Assembly: GCF_004010195.1 (NCBI RefSeq)
Contig: NC_057751.1
Location: 7,060,133 to 7,124,132 of the forward strand
Reading direction: 5' to 3'
DNA length: 64,000 nucleotides
Source of the DNA: Chiloscyllium plagiosum
Taxonomy: Eukaryota
Part shown: positions 1 to 11,449 of the stretch, piece after piece
Numbering within the stretch: position 1 is the stretch's first letter
Layout of the letters: every line of letters starts with the position of its first letter
Position numbers and translations under genes: made by a program
Notes under the pieces: model-generated
Database searches by the model: none
What the model was told of the DNA's origin: nothing
Seen by the model: the letters and a program-made list of their open reading frames with translations, nothing else

Positions 1-147
1 GGAGGAAACCGGAGCACCCGGAGGAAACCCAAGCAGACACGGGGAGAACGTGCAAACTCCACACAGAGAATCGCGTGAGGCGGGAATTGAACCCGGTCTC
101 TGGCGTTGTGAGGCAGCAGTGCTAACCACTTTGCCACCGTGCCGCCC
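1..147 (-). mobile_element. HE1-type V-SINE, 5' part (cut by window edge)
   Basis: Reverse complement has tRNA-like A/B boxes (GGTGGCAAAGTGGTTAGC, GGTTCAATTCC) and the V-domain GGGTTTCCTCCGGGTGCTCCGGTTTCCTCC. Confidence 0.9.
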
Positions 148-1629
148 CTGCACCAAGCCCATAAGGTCGCTCACCACCACCTTCTCAGAGGCAACTAGAG
201 TTGGGCTAATAAAAGCTGAATTTGCCAGTCATGAAAAATGAGCAAAAATAACTTTGAAAGCTCGATTCTGCTGTGATGAGCTGCACCTTTGTAAAATTTA
301 CTCTTAAATTTGGTAAACAGCAAATCAACTAAACAATCAATTTCGAAGCAAGCTATGTAGCTGTGCAATATTTCTCTGCAATTTAAAGTAATCTGTTCAT
401 CAGCTTTCTTCTTGTGTTGTATTGGTCTTGACATAAAAGCACGAAGTTCATGGTTGCAACAGTGAATTTCAATGAGTTGGCCTGATTCCTAATTCTTCAG
501 ATTTTCAGCTTTTTCAGTGCAGTAACAGTTTAGATTATTTGTAAAATTGATAATAATTTGTTATCGACAAGAAGCTTTCCTTGGGTTGCTGTATTTTAGT
601 GAGATTGTGAATGCACAGAAACATTTCCCTTGTTATTCTATTCTAAGTGAAATTACAGGTGCATTTGGAAAGACAATGTTATAATAAGTGACCAGAGAAA
701 AGTTTCTGAGTTTTCACTAGCACTGTTTTATGTTTTTCTTCAGGCAATCTCTGATAAAAGAAACAATTATGACCTCGGAAATAACTGTTTCTGCCCAAAG
801 TGATTGCATGACACAATAATACCGTTGTTGATAAGTATTGATTGTTATCATCTGTATACAACACCTGTCACTTGAATGTTTTTAATGTCCTTTTAGGTTT
901 CTCTCTTTGCACTGTGTGACAATTTGACCTCTGAAAGGAGCAGGGCAGGTTTGAAATGTTTTGCAGCAACGCACAGCAGGACAGCTTATTGTGATGTGAC
1001 ATCTTACCAGATTTCTGTCCTTACAAGCAGCTCCTTCACCAAACAATTGCTGTTTCTGCTCCCATTGCTGACCCTGATTCCCTCCTGTTGCTCCATGCTA
1101 TGGGCATGTAGTGAGGTTGCAAAATCACCCAAAGACAAGTTGACAGTGCTGAATCATGCCCTGTCCCCTCCGTGGACCATGACACTTTGTGTGTTACTGC
1201 TCATTGTTATAAATTGTGAAAGTAGACCTTATATTTCAGGAATTGCAGGAGTATAGCACTATGCTGGGTTGACTCACACAGTTGTGATGAACAGGCTGTC
1301 GTGCTATGTTGTTACATGTTAAATCTCCAACTGCACTGAGATGACAATCTACAGCTGATCCTGATTTTTGAACTTTTAGTGGTTCAGGATCAAACTTCCA
1401 CAATTAGAATTCAGGATGGTAATCCCTCATCTCTCTGGTATTCTGCTGTGGAATGGGATGCGTCCCTGTTTCATTTAAGACTGCATGTTTATGGCTATGT
1501 TTGCACTGATACACATTGGCTAAGGTAGGCTTCTAGTCAAGAAAATAACATAGACCATTCGTGAGCATGTTGAAGTCCTGAAGCATTGAATTTCCTCCAA
1601 GAGGATATTTCTACTGCTTTGTTTTTACT

Positions 1630-2060
1630 TTGCTCATGGGCATGAACATCATTGACCGCCCAGCATTTATTGCCCGTCTCTAGTTGCCTTTGAGAAGGTG
1701 GTGGCGAGCTTCCTTCTTCAGCAACAATGTTCTTCGGGATGGAATTCCATGGTTTTGATCGAGCGAGGTTGAAAGAATGCTGATATATTTCCAAAGCAGA
1801 ATGGTTGACTGACATGGAGGAGAACCTTCGGGGGTGGTGTTTCCATCTGTTGTCTTTGTCCTTGATGATAGTGATCATGGGTTTGGAACTTGCTGTCTCA
1901 GGAACTTTGGTGAATTTCTGTGGTGCATCTTGTTGAATGTACACACTTCTGCTACTGAGCATCTGTGCTGGGGGTGAGTGGATATTTGTGGTTATGGTGC
2001 CAAACAAGCAGGTTACTTAACCTGGGTGGTGTCAAGCTGTTGGAGCTGCACTCATCCGAT
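1630..2060 (-). mobile_element. 3' fragment of the second CR1-group LINE family
   Basis: Carries the tail CATGGGCATG...CAGCATTTATTGCCC...TTGAGAAGGTGGTGG.GAGCT that recurs at 2805, 17040, 32815 and 58095. Confidence 0.7.
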
Positions 2061-2804
2061 ATGATAGTAATTGAGCTTAAGGATCAATGGGACAAACAGT
2101 CACCGGTGGAACATATGATTTTCACCAAAATAGAAAAAAGATGGTCAATGAACAACCTTCATGACAATTACCTGAAACATTGAGAACCTTTGAGAAATAC
2201 TTCACTTTGGTTCTTGCACCACAATGACCAGCGAGTTGCTCAAGTTCGTATTTACCTCAGCAGCAGCAAGTCTATCACAATGAAGCTGCGATTCTTCATT
2301 TTAGCCTGAAAGAATTTATTTAAACTACAACATGAAACACAAACTTGGACGATGATGGGTCTGCATTGATCTTTTTCTGAGCTGTCAATCCTGAGGCAAA
2401 AGAAGGAGTTCAACTTTTGATATTCGGTGTTTCTTCACAGGCAAGAAACATGTCTGTGCACCACCTTTCAATCATAATATTATATAATGGTCCATGGGAC
2501 GGATTGCTGCATTAAAGTCGCTTGTTCACGGAACAGAGAATTTGGCAATGAAGACAAACAAAAACTGCTTTAATAAATGTAATGAATGCAAACTATGTGT
2601 CCTACTGAGCTATTGGTGATAAACATAAGCAATGTCAAAAGCAGAAATATCACGAACAGCAGAATGGAAGGCTTGTTTTCTTATTTATAATGATGTACAT
2701 GGGTAGCCTAAGTTCATTTCCAGGACCAGCTGAATGCTGCATGTGTAGCCTATGCTTGAAGGTGAGGTTTTCTGAAATTGGGGATAAAATGTCTGTGCCT
2801 CTGG

Positions 2805-3380
2805 CGAGATTAACATTTGTTGCCCATCTCTTAACTCCCCTTGAGAAGATGCTCTGGTGAGCTGCCTTCTTGAACCAATGCTATCCATGAGGTCTAGTTT
2901 CACCCATCGTGATGTTCAAAAGGGGGTCTGGGGATTTTGACATTGATGCAGCGAATTAGTGTGTTCTATGTCAACACGGTGTGTGAGGCTTGGTGAGGAT
3001 CTTAGAGGTGATGGTGTTCACATGCATTTGCTGCCTTTGTCTTTCTACATGATAGGTGTAGCTGGTTTGGAAGACACTGCTGAAAGAATCACACTGAGTG
3101 CAACGTACCCAGTAGATGATATGTAATGCTGCCACTTTCTGTTGCTGGAGGGCTGAAATGTTCAGATGGTGTATTGGGTGCCAGACAGGTCAGTTGGTTA
3201 GTCCTGAATGTGTTGAGTTTCTTCAATGTTATTGAAACTATATTAATCTTGGAAAATGGATCATCTTGCATCGCACTCCTGACTTATCTTTGTAAGTGGT
3301 GGACAGGCTTGCAGAGTTGGGAGTTGTGTTATTTGCTGCTGGATTCCAAGCCTCTGACCTGCTCGTGTATCCACTGTAAC
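2805..3380 (-). mobile_element. 3' fragment of the second CR1-group LINE family
   Basis: Same tail; upstream part resembles the reverse complement of 37090-37370. Confidence 0.65.
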
Positions 3381-4622
3381 TCCCTCCAGAACCTCCAGCC
3401 TTTAAAACGGTCTGATACCCCACAAGAGCTCACTCTGCTCTTTGTGTGACCCCTTTCTCTAATGGTTTTCCAGCTGAGTTCTCAGGGACCACATCAGGGT
3501 GGGGGTGAAGAGGGGGTGTGGGGAGTGCAGAAAGACAATGGCTCAGAATATTAAGACGAAGAGCACTCCTCTTCCTGGTTCCAAAGCTTTTCTTCAATTA
3601 CAATTAAATCTACCATTAGTTGCCTTGTCCATCAATGACCCACCTTGCAGCTGGGTCTTTCGACAGGCCTTATGCGTATAGTTAACTTATTCAGGGGATC
3701 TACTGCTTATTTTGAGCATATGGCTCTCACAAATTTATTGTTGGGATCTTTGGTTGTAATGATTGGATCAAGGCTGTATCTTGGCTAAAATCGTTCGCCA
3801 CTTATCTGTTTGTACCCAAGAAACATGAAAAATGCACATCAACACCCTCTGTAGAACTTAATGAGAGTCCAACTGTGCTGTGGAGCATAGTGACCAGAGG
3901 GAATTGGCTTGCCCCAGTTTGCAGCTTTCCAATTTTACCAGTGATTAAAGTTATTGACAAAGTCTTGAAATCTACATTCCTTGACTTTAGAAGGGACAAT
4001 ATCATAGTCATGTCTATATTTTCTTTCCTTTCACAAAATATATGAACAGTTAAAAGGGAAATTGCTTTAGAAGTTAACAGGGGAGTTTCTCAGTTTCATA
4101 TATTTTATTATTTTTCATTGTGGTCCCAAATTACTGTGATTCATGCTATTTTTCTGAGCACATCAGAGGTCTGACCTGCTGTGCTTTTCCAGCACCGCAC
4201 TCTTGACTCTAATCTCCGGCAACTGCAGTATTCACTTTTGCCTTCAGAAAAGTATCTATTTTGTGCTCGAGGGTCAGTGAAGTTGTGAAACTGTCATTCA
4301 TAATTCGATTTATCATGTGGCTCAGGGATGAAACGGCTTTGTTCAGTTTACAATCCAAGTGCATAGGATCTATAATGAGTATACAGTGACTGCCAGAGTT
4401 CACTGGAGTTCAACAGTCACAGTTTCTGATTGTCTTTGAGCAGATGTGAGGTCAGGTTCACACCGCAAACTTGAAGAGCTATAAGTCATCCGTTCTGGAT
4501 GAATTCTAACTTCCTGAAGCCTTCGTCCAAACCCTGTCTACATTCAAGTGTGTGCCTGGCCAATGGATCTGTAAATCTGGATGTAATGCTCCTTCTTGAA
4601 CAGTACGTAAAAAGCAAATGGT

Positions 4623-5244
4623 TCAAAGTTTGTGCGAAGATTTGTAGCTCGGGTGCTCATTGTTGTGGTTCTGTTCACCGAGCTGGGAATTTGTGTTGAA
4701 GACATTTCGTCCCCTGTCTAGGTGACATCCTCAGTGCTTGGGAGCCTCCAGTGAAGCGCTTCTGTGATCTTTTCTCCGGCATTTATAGTGGTTTGAATCT
4801 GCTGCTTCCGGTTGTCAGTTCCAGCTGTCCGCTGCAGTGGTCGGTATATTGGGTCCAGGTCGATGTGCTTGTTGATTGAATCAATGGATGAGTGCCATGC
4901 CTCTAGGAATTCCCTGGCTGTTCTCTGTTTGGCTTGTCCTATAATAGTAGTGATGTCCCAGTCAAACTCATGTTGCTTGTCATCTGCGTGTGTGGCTACT
5001 GAGGATAGCTGGTTGTGTCGTTTCGTGGCTAGTTGGTGTTCATGGATGCGGATCGTTAGCTATCTTCCTGTTTGTCCTATGGAGTGTTTTGTGCAGTCCT
5101 TGCATGGGATTTTGTATACTATGTTGGTTTTGCTCATGCTGGCTATCGGGTCCTTTGTCCTGGTGAGTTATTGTCTGAGAGTGGCTGTTGGTTTGTGTGC
5201 TGTTATGAGTCCTAGTGGTCGTAGTAGTCTGGCTGTCAGTTCAG
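4623..5244 (-). mobile_element. Penelope-like element (Poseidon-type), 5'-truncated, GIY-YIG endonuclease remnant
   Basis: Minus strand reads ..TNIVYKIPCKDCTKHSIGQTGR*LTIRIHEH..HEFDWD..REFLEAWHS (two stops); flanked by 14-bp duplication AAAAAGCAAATGGT (4609-4622, 5245-5258). Confidence 0.9.
4697..4737 (-). ncRNA. Minimal hammerhead ribozyme-like motif (Poseidon-type family)
   Basis: Reverse complement gcaCTGAGGA t gtc...gac GAAA tgtc; core boxes intact, palindrome and stem I partly decayed. Confidence 0.6.
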
Positions 5245-5264
5245 AAAAAGCAAATGGTGGCTGT

Positions 5265-5583
5265 GGGTGGCACAGTGGCTCAGTGGTTAACACTGTTACC
5301 TTACAGTACCAGGAACCAGGGTTTGATTCCAGCCTTGGGTGACCGTGTGGAGTTTGCACATTCTCCCCATGTCTGCATGGGGTTACACTGGGTGCTCCAG
5401 TTTCTTCCCACAACCCAAAGATGTGCAAGTTGGGTGAAATGGCCGTGCTAAATGTGTAGGTTAGGTATATTAGTCAGCGGTAAACGTGGAGTAATAGGGT
5501 AGGGGAATGGGTCTGGGTGGGTTACACTTCAGAGGGTCGATGTGGACTTCATGGGCTGAAGGACCTGTTTCCACGCTGTAGGG
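5265..5583 (+). mobile_element. HE1-type V-SINE
   Basis: tRNA-like head, V-domain, CR1-derived tail GGACCTGTTTCCACGCTGTA. Confidence 0.92.
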
Positions 5584-5789
5584 GTGGAATTTTTCATTGA
5601 ACCTCAGACTGGAAACAGTGAGGAGCACATATGATTTCTTCTTTCGCCCACAAACTGCAAGGAAGCAGGCAGATTGCAGGTGAATTTTAGAAAATAACTG
5701 TTGGCTTAAAAGCTTGTCAACTTCCCTGTAATGTCTTTGCATTAAACAATGGATAAGTTCCCAACCCAGAATTGACCCAACCACTGTGT

Positions 5790-6178
5790 TGGAGGCTGAG
5801 GGGTGACCTTATAGATGTTCACAAAATCATGAGGGGTTATGGATCGGGTGAATAGTCAAAGCCTTTTCACCGGGGTAGGGAAGTCCAAAGGGAAAGGTTT
5901 AAGGTGAGAGGGGAGAGATTAGAAAGGGACTGAAGGGGCAGCTTTTTCACGCAGAGGATGGTGCTTGTATGGAATGAACTGCCAGACAAAGTGATGGAGG
6001 CTGCTGCAATTACAACAGTTAAAAAGCATCTGGATGGGTATATGAATAGGAAGGAGTTAGAGGGATAAGGGCCAAATGCTGACAAATGGGACTAGATTAG
6101 GTTAAGATACCTGGTCGGTATGGACGCATTGGGCCAAAAGGTCTATTTCCCATGCTTGAAATCTCTATGACTCCATGA
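5790..6178 (+). mobile_element. HER1/CR1 LINE 3' fragment
   Basis: GGAGGCTGAGGGGTGACCTTATAG (RLRGDL motif) through a CTCTATGACTCCATGA tail. Confidence 0.9.
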
Positions 6179-6474
6179 GACTGCATTTTTGAGTTTACTA
6201 ATGTAGGTTGGAACTATCCTGCCCCCTTACTCGTTATGAAGTTTCACTTGTAATGGACATTGAAGTCCTTTATCAATGTTACTGCCTTCTTCTTTCAACC
6301 ATTCTTGGTAATGTGTTCCATCTTCTGATAATCCATTGTTTCGAACAAGTAGTCTCATTATTCCATTGATAATCTTCTGACTACAGTCTCATATTTCATA
6401 GGCGATAACATTTATAAAAATTTATCATTTCAGTCATGTATGCTGTGATACTAAAGGTGACTTTCAATTACTAG

Positions 6475-6559
6475 GAGTCCGTTTATTGGTTCCACTGGGG
6501 GCAATTCCAGAGGGAAATTCTTGGGAAATATACATTGCAGTCAATCAAGGCGTAAACAG
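6475..6559 (+). CDS. unc5d: UNC5D-like netrin receptor, coding exon (ZU5 domain, N-terminal part)
   Basis: ctag|GAGTCC...AAACAG|gtaagg; 85 nt, phase 1 to 2; reads (G)[27 protein letters not shown], matching the UNC5 ZU5 motif GVSLLIPxGAIPE..WEIY. Not in the ORF track because it is short. Confidence 0.93.
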
Positions 6560-7224
6560 GTAAGGGATAAGACATATCAAAACTGAATATAATTTTTGTG
6601 TTCTGGACAAAAGTGTTTATTGGAATGGGGAAAGGTGCAGGTTTGCCTGCGTCGCATTCCTGTTTTCGGGTGTGTGGAGAGTATTTAAGTGGGTCAGTTG
6701 AAGTGACAAAGTGGATTCGTTTTGGATATCTGTCATGGTGTGCTGGCCTACAGACAAGGAAACAACCTGAACCATTAATTGAAGTCGCTGGTTGTTATGA
6801 ACTATCTTTTGATCTTACATTCAACTTTGTGGGCATGGCATCTGGAAAAAAAACATGAAATTATGCCATTTTGTCTGGAATATTTTTTAATAGTAAATAA
6901 TTAGAGCTTTGGGATCTAATTGCATGGTTTTTTTTGAAAAATAGTAAAACACAGTAATTATATATTCACAATGCTTCATTTCATTAGCACTTCACTGTTA
7001 AATATTCCAACTGAAATATCAGAACTATTAAGAGTATTTATTATAAATAATTTGCTTCACATCAGCTAATTATAGATTATTATTATAACACATGAATGCA
7101 CTTTTAATTATGTTGAAGTTGGGTGTATCTGTCCTAGCGATTCACCTAGTTCTTAACAAAGCCTTACTGACTGTTGTATTCCACCAACATGTGCTGTGAC
7201 GGCAATTACATATTTCAGTGCTTC

Positions 7225-7330
7225 AGTTCTGAAAAAGAGTCTTTGGACCTGAAAAGTTAACTCTGATTTCTCTGCAGAGATGCTGCCAGACCTGCTGAGC
7301 TTTTCCAGCAATTTCTGTTTTTGTTTTTTT
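7225..7330 (+). mobile_element. Penelope-like terminal repeat fragment (family 2) with decayed hammerhead core
   Basis: AGTTCTGAAAAAGAGTCTTTGGACCTGAAAAGTTAACT followed by GATGCTGCCAGACCTGCTGAGCTTTTCCAGCAATTT, shared with 21930, 23940 and 48050. Confidence 0.7.
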
Positions 7331-7471
7331 CGGTCTTTAAAATGCATTTCTTCCGTATTGAAACATGTATCCAGCACCTTTCATAATCTCATGATTTCCC
7401 AAGGCACTTTACACACCAGCCAAGTACTTTTGAGGTGTAGTCATTTTTCTCACATCGAAGCACATTTTTGC

Positions 7472-8424
7472 TGTTATGGACCAAGCCAGACCCCCTTCAA
7501 AATATTTCAAGAAAGTAGCCCAGACCCTAACTTTGCCAGTTGTTTTAAGCAGGTGTAACACAGATATTTCAGGAGCGATGCAGCTGGTCAAACCACTTAG
7601 TTTTAAACAAAACAGAATTTATTTATGAAACACAAACAAAAGATAACAGAATATAGAATAAATTAACCTATCCGAAAACCCAACAGACTATCCCAGTTTA
7701 ATCATGCTGTTCCAAATATTTGCAATAATCCCCATAAACACCCCTTGGCACAAAGGTAAAATCAAACACAGGGTCTTACTGGAGGGATGTCAGAGAAAGA
7801 GAGGAGAATTTTTGGGTCCAGCAGCTTTTACAACTGCCTGACTGCTTTCAATGAATGGCCAGACCAAACGAAACCAGAGAATGGTTGAGCTGGGAGAACT
7901 GGCCACCCTTCTTTCATTGTGCAAGTGCTTTTTATTTAACTTGAAAGCCTTTTTGCTGAGGCAGTATCTGTTAGTGATAATTAATTTGGCCCTAAAACCC
8001 ATCCAGGCCTAGACTTTTTGGAACCTGTGCTTTTATGACCGCTCTGGAAAAACACCAAGGATAACATAATGTGGGTGGCACGGTGGCACAGTGATTAGCA
8101 CTGCTGCCTCGCAGCGCCAGAGACCCGGGTTCAATTCCCGCCTCAGGCGACTGACTGTGTGGAGTTTGCACGTTCTCCCTGTGTCTGCGTGGGTTTCCTC
8201 CGGGTGCTCCGGTTTCCTCTCACAATCCAAAGATGTGCAGGTCAGGTGAATTGGCCATGCTAAATTGCCCGTAGTGTTAGGTAAGGGGCAAATGTAGGGG
8301 TATGGGTGGGTTTCGCTTCGGCGGGTCGGTGTGGACTTGTTGGGCTGAAGGGCCTGTTTCCACACTGTAGTGTAATCTAATCTAATCTAATCTAATCTAA
8401 TCATAACATTGTTAAAGGAACAGC
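7472..8424 (-). mobile_element. Solo LTR family A, interrupted by an HE1 SINE and itself inside a DeuSINE relic
   Basis: Starts TGTTATGGACC like 21189 and like the reverse complement of the 35219 end; resumes after the SINE (CATTGTTAAAGGAACAGC). Confidence 0.75.
8073..8402 (+). mobile_element. Young full-length HE1-type V-SINE with (TAATC)n tail
   Basis: Intact A/B boxes, V-domain, retained CpGs and a (TAATC)6 tail at about 8373-8402. Confidence 0.95.
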
Positions 8425-8679
8425 GCACAGCAAGGTCCCAGACTAACCAGATACAAAAGCAAAATACTCAGGATGTTGAAGATAGGAAATAAACAAACCA
8501 GAAAATTCTGGAAATAAGGAGAGAGGTAACATTTAATGTCAGTGAATCTTCCTGAGAATGATTCTGATGGAAGGTCACAGGCCTGAAATGTTAATACTGC
8601 TTCTTCGTCCACTGATATTGTCAGCCTTGCTGTTTAATTTCAGCCTTCCTTTCTCTTCGTGCTTTTCCAGAACTCGGTG

Positions 8680-9320
8680 GGATTGTCACAATTCTGGTTG
8701 ATCGCTCAAGACTGCCCTCCACTGCACCATCTCAATTCCATTTTCCACTGTTCTAACCCACCCCATCCAAACGCAATAAAGACAGGTGCACATCATCCTT
8801 AAACACTTCCACCAACTCCACTTAAACCCCACCACCAAGAACATCTTTCCCTCCCCACCCCTCTCTGCCTTCTGCAAGGACCATTCCCTTCAACACTCCT
8901 TGGTTTGTGCCACTCTCCCCACCAACCCTCCCTGAACCCCCCCAATTACCTTCTCCTGCAACTGGAAAAGATTCAAAACCTGCGGATACACCTCCCCCCC
9001 TTAACTCCATCCAGGGCCCCAAACACTCCTTCCAGGTGAGACAGAGGTTCACCTGTCCCTTCTCCAACCTAGTTTACTGCATCGGGTGCTCCCAATGTGA
9101 TCTTCTCTACATCAGGGAGACAAAGTGTAAACTTAGGGAATGGTTCGCCGAGTATCTGAGTTGGGCCCACAGGGGCCAACCAGACCTCCCAGTCACCGGC
9201 CATTTTAATTCCCCTTCCCATTCCCTTTCCGACATGACCATCCTTGGCCTCTTCCATTGCCACAACGTCCCAAACCGTAAATGGGAGGAACAACACCTCA
9301 TCTTCCGCCTGGGCAGCCTA
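8680..9320 (+). mobile_element. Penelope-like element fragment, GIY-YIG endonuclease
   Basis: ORF 8907-9368: FTCPFSNLVYCIGCSQCDLLYIRETKCKLREWFAEY...GHFNSPSH...EEQHLIFRLGSL. Confidence 0.88.
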
Positions 9321-9403
9321 AAGGTGCCCATCCTGTTGCAAACCATCTCTATTTATTGGGGCTGGTAACCTGAGCCAGTGTACGCTGACCTGCCTGCACC
9401 AGT

Positions 9404-9786
9404 GGGAGAAAGTGAGGATGACAGATGCTGGAGATTGAAGTCGAAATGTGTGGCCCTGGAAAAGCACAGCAGGTCAGGCAGCATCCGAGGAGCAGGAGAA
9501 TCAATGTTTCGGGCAAAAGCCACTGCCCTCTTAACTGTCCTACCTGTCCATCTTCCTTCCCACCTATCCGTTCCACCCTCCTCTCCGACCTATCTCTGTT
9601 ACCTCCCACCTTCATCTACCTGTCGCCTTCCCAGCTACCTTCCCCCTACCCCCACCATCATATTTATCTCTTAGCCCCCTTTCCCCACCCTCCCACATTC
9701 CTGATGAAAAAGGCTTATGCCCAAAACATCAACTCACCTGCTGCTCGGATGCTGCCTGACTTGCTGTGCTTTTCCAACGCCACACT
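9404..9786. mobile_element. Penelope-like fold-back insertion (family 1)
   Basis: Inverted terminal repeat 9404-9521 versus about 9710-9786, with 3' UTR between; decayed CTGATGA core at 9701. Confidence 0.85.
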
Positions 9787-10152
9787 GTCTGTACCAAAAG
9801 CTGGTTTGCCTGAGGACTACGATTTCTGTCATTTTCCCTGGACCTTTTGAATCAGAGGTGTGAGAACGACTGATTAAACCAGTTTAACACCCTCTCTTTT
9901 TGTGTGAAATGGATCAAATGTTCCAGTGGTATTGGATGAGGTGCATAATTGTTGGTCAGAGCACCAGGAGAGCTCTACTTACCTTGTTTGGTGCCATGGA
10001 ATCTTTTGTGTTCACCCATGAGGACAGGAATAAATAGCAGGTTCAAATAAGCAGTTTTCCAGTTTAGTCAAAGGCATAATACTAATCAGGTCACACCAAA
10101 TTTTCCCATTGCTAGAGACATCAGAACTGTTTACACACTATTAATCACACAC

Positions 10153-10907
10153 TATTACAACACAGCGGTGAACCCTTCCATTAATTAAAGCAAACACCCA
10201 GAAAAGCTCACCTCACCTTGTAATCTAAGTATGTGAGACAGAGAACTCCCAAATTCTACTACTTAAAGACAGTAATATCAATTTATTCTTTAACTCCAAA
10301 AGTGAACATTAAACAATAACGATTCACTACTCTAAACTTTCTCTGAACTGCTTATTACATGCCTCCAACTCTATAACAATATGCTGTTCCAATCAGACAC
10401 GTATTAAAATTACATCAACTTAATTTCAAAACCATACAGCTGCTGTTGAGTTTAGTGTCTTTCTTCTTCTGGCTGAAGATCTCCCTGGGTGGTCTTCTTT
10501 CTTTTTAATGCAAATAAATTTCATGTGAAAAGGTACCTTTGATAAAAAATGTTTCCTAATTTCTTGGGTCTCTCTTGATGGTAGTTGCTCTGTCTACAGT
10601 TTTCAAAAAGTGCGCATTTTTATACCCAACATCAGATTGTCTCATTGGTTTGATGTTGGCAAAACAAGAAATTCAAACACAATTGGGTTTTAGTATCCTG
10701 GGGCATAATTTAAACTGATTGGTTACGTTTGAACTATTGTCAAAACAACATCCAACTCAGGTATCCATTTTGCAGCCAAATGTTACAGATTTTCCAGTAC
10801 ACTTTGGGACTGCCACCTAGTTATATCACGGGTGCTTGGTAGCTCTCAGTTCAGAACAGCATTCACTTTGTCTTAAAGGCATAATATACGCCTTCAGCTT
10901 CATAACA
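10153..10907. mobile_element. Solo LTR family B
   Basis: TATTACAAC...CTTCATAACA, 4-bp duplication ACAC on both sides; homologous along its length to 62958-63683. Confidence 0.8.
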
Positions 10908-11193
10908 ACACCAACCCTAAAAAGGTGACCATTCACCTTTCTCGATACACAGCATCCTGAAACCAAAGAAGGAATAAATTTCAATGCTTGAGACTTAATT
11001 ATGGTGACATTCCCTGTGTCCTTGCCTTGGTAAACATATAACTCTAAAATTTCATGCAGTCATCAGTGTGATTAATACAAAACTGGACTTGCGAGAAAGA
11101 AAGAGATCAGAAACACGTGTAAGGAAGCAAGATTATGCTGAATGCATATCACATGAGTATGTGTTATAGATAACTTAAGTTGAGTATCCTAAA

Positions 11194-11290
11194 TTCTGGA
11201 TTAGAGGTGCTGGAAAAGCACAGCAGTTCAGGCAGCATCCGAGGAGCAATAAAATCGACGTTTCGGGCAAAAGCCTTTCATCAGGAATAC
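11194..11290 (-). mobile_element. Penelope-like terminal repeat (family 1) with hammerhead core
   Basis: Reverse complement attcCTGATGA a aggc tttt gccc GAAA cgtc gatt; flanked by TGAGTATCCTAAA (11181-11193, 11304-11316). Confidence 0.8.
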
Positions 11291-11449
11291 CTTAAGTATA
11301 CCCTGAGTATCCTAAAGTCTTATTTAGTTGGACATATGAGTACCCCAAGTAAAAAATGTTGAGCTTGAGCCCCAGAGCTGGGTGTTATGCAATCTTGCTT
11401 AAGTGAGTTGCTCTCTTTAACTTGTTGACAATCCTGGCAAAATGCAACT

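Noticed and set aside
2172..2305. Possible minus-strand exon with AG/GT borders
   Set aside because: Stop codons in all three frames; no recognisable product.
4812..5342. 176-aa plus-strand ORF
   Set aside because: Antisense shadow of the Penelope GIY-YIG region running into a SINE.
8073..8145. tRNA gene candidates at SINE heads
   Set aside because: They continue directly into V-SINE bodies and LINE-derived tails; they are tRNA-derived, not tRNA genes.
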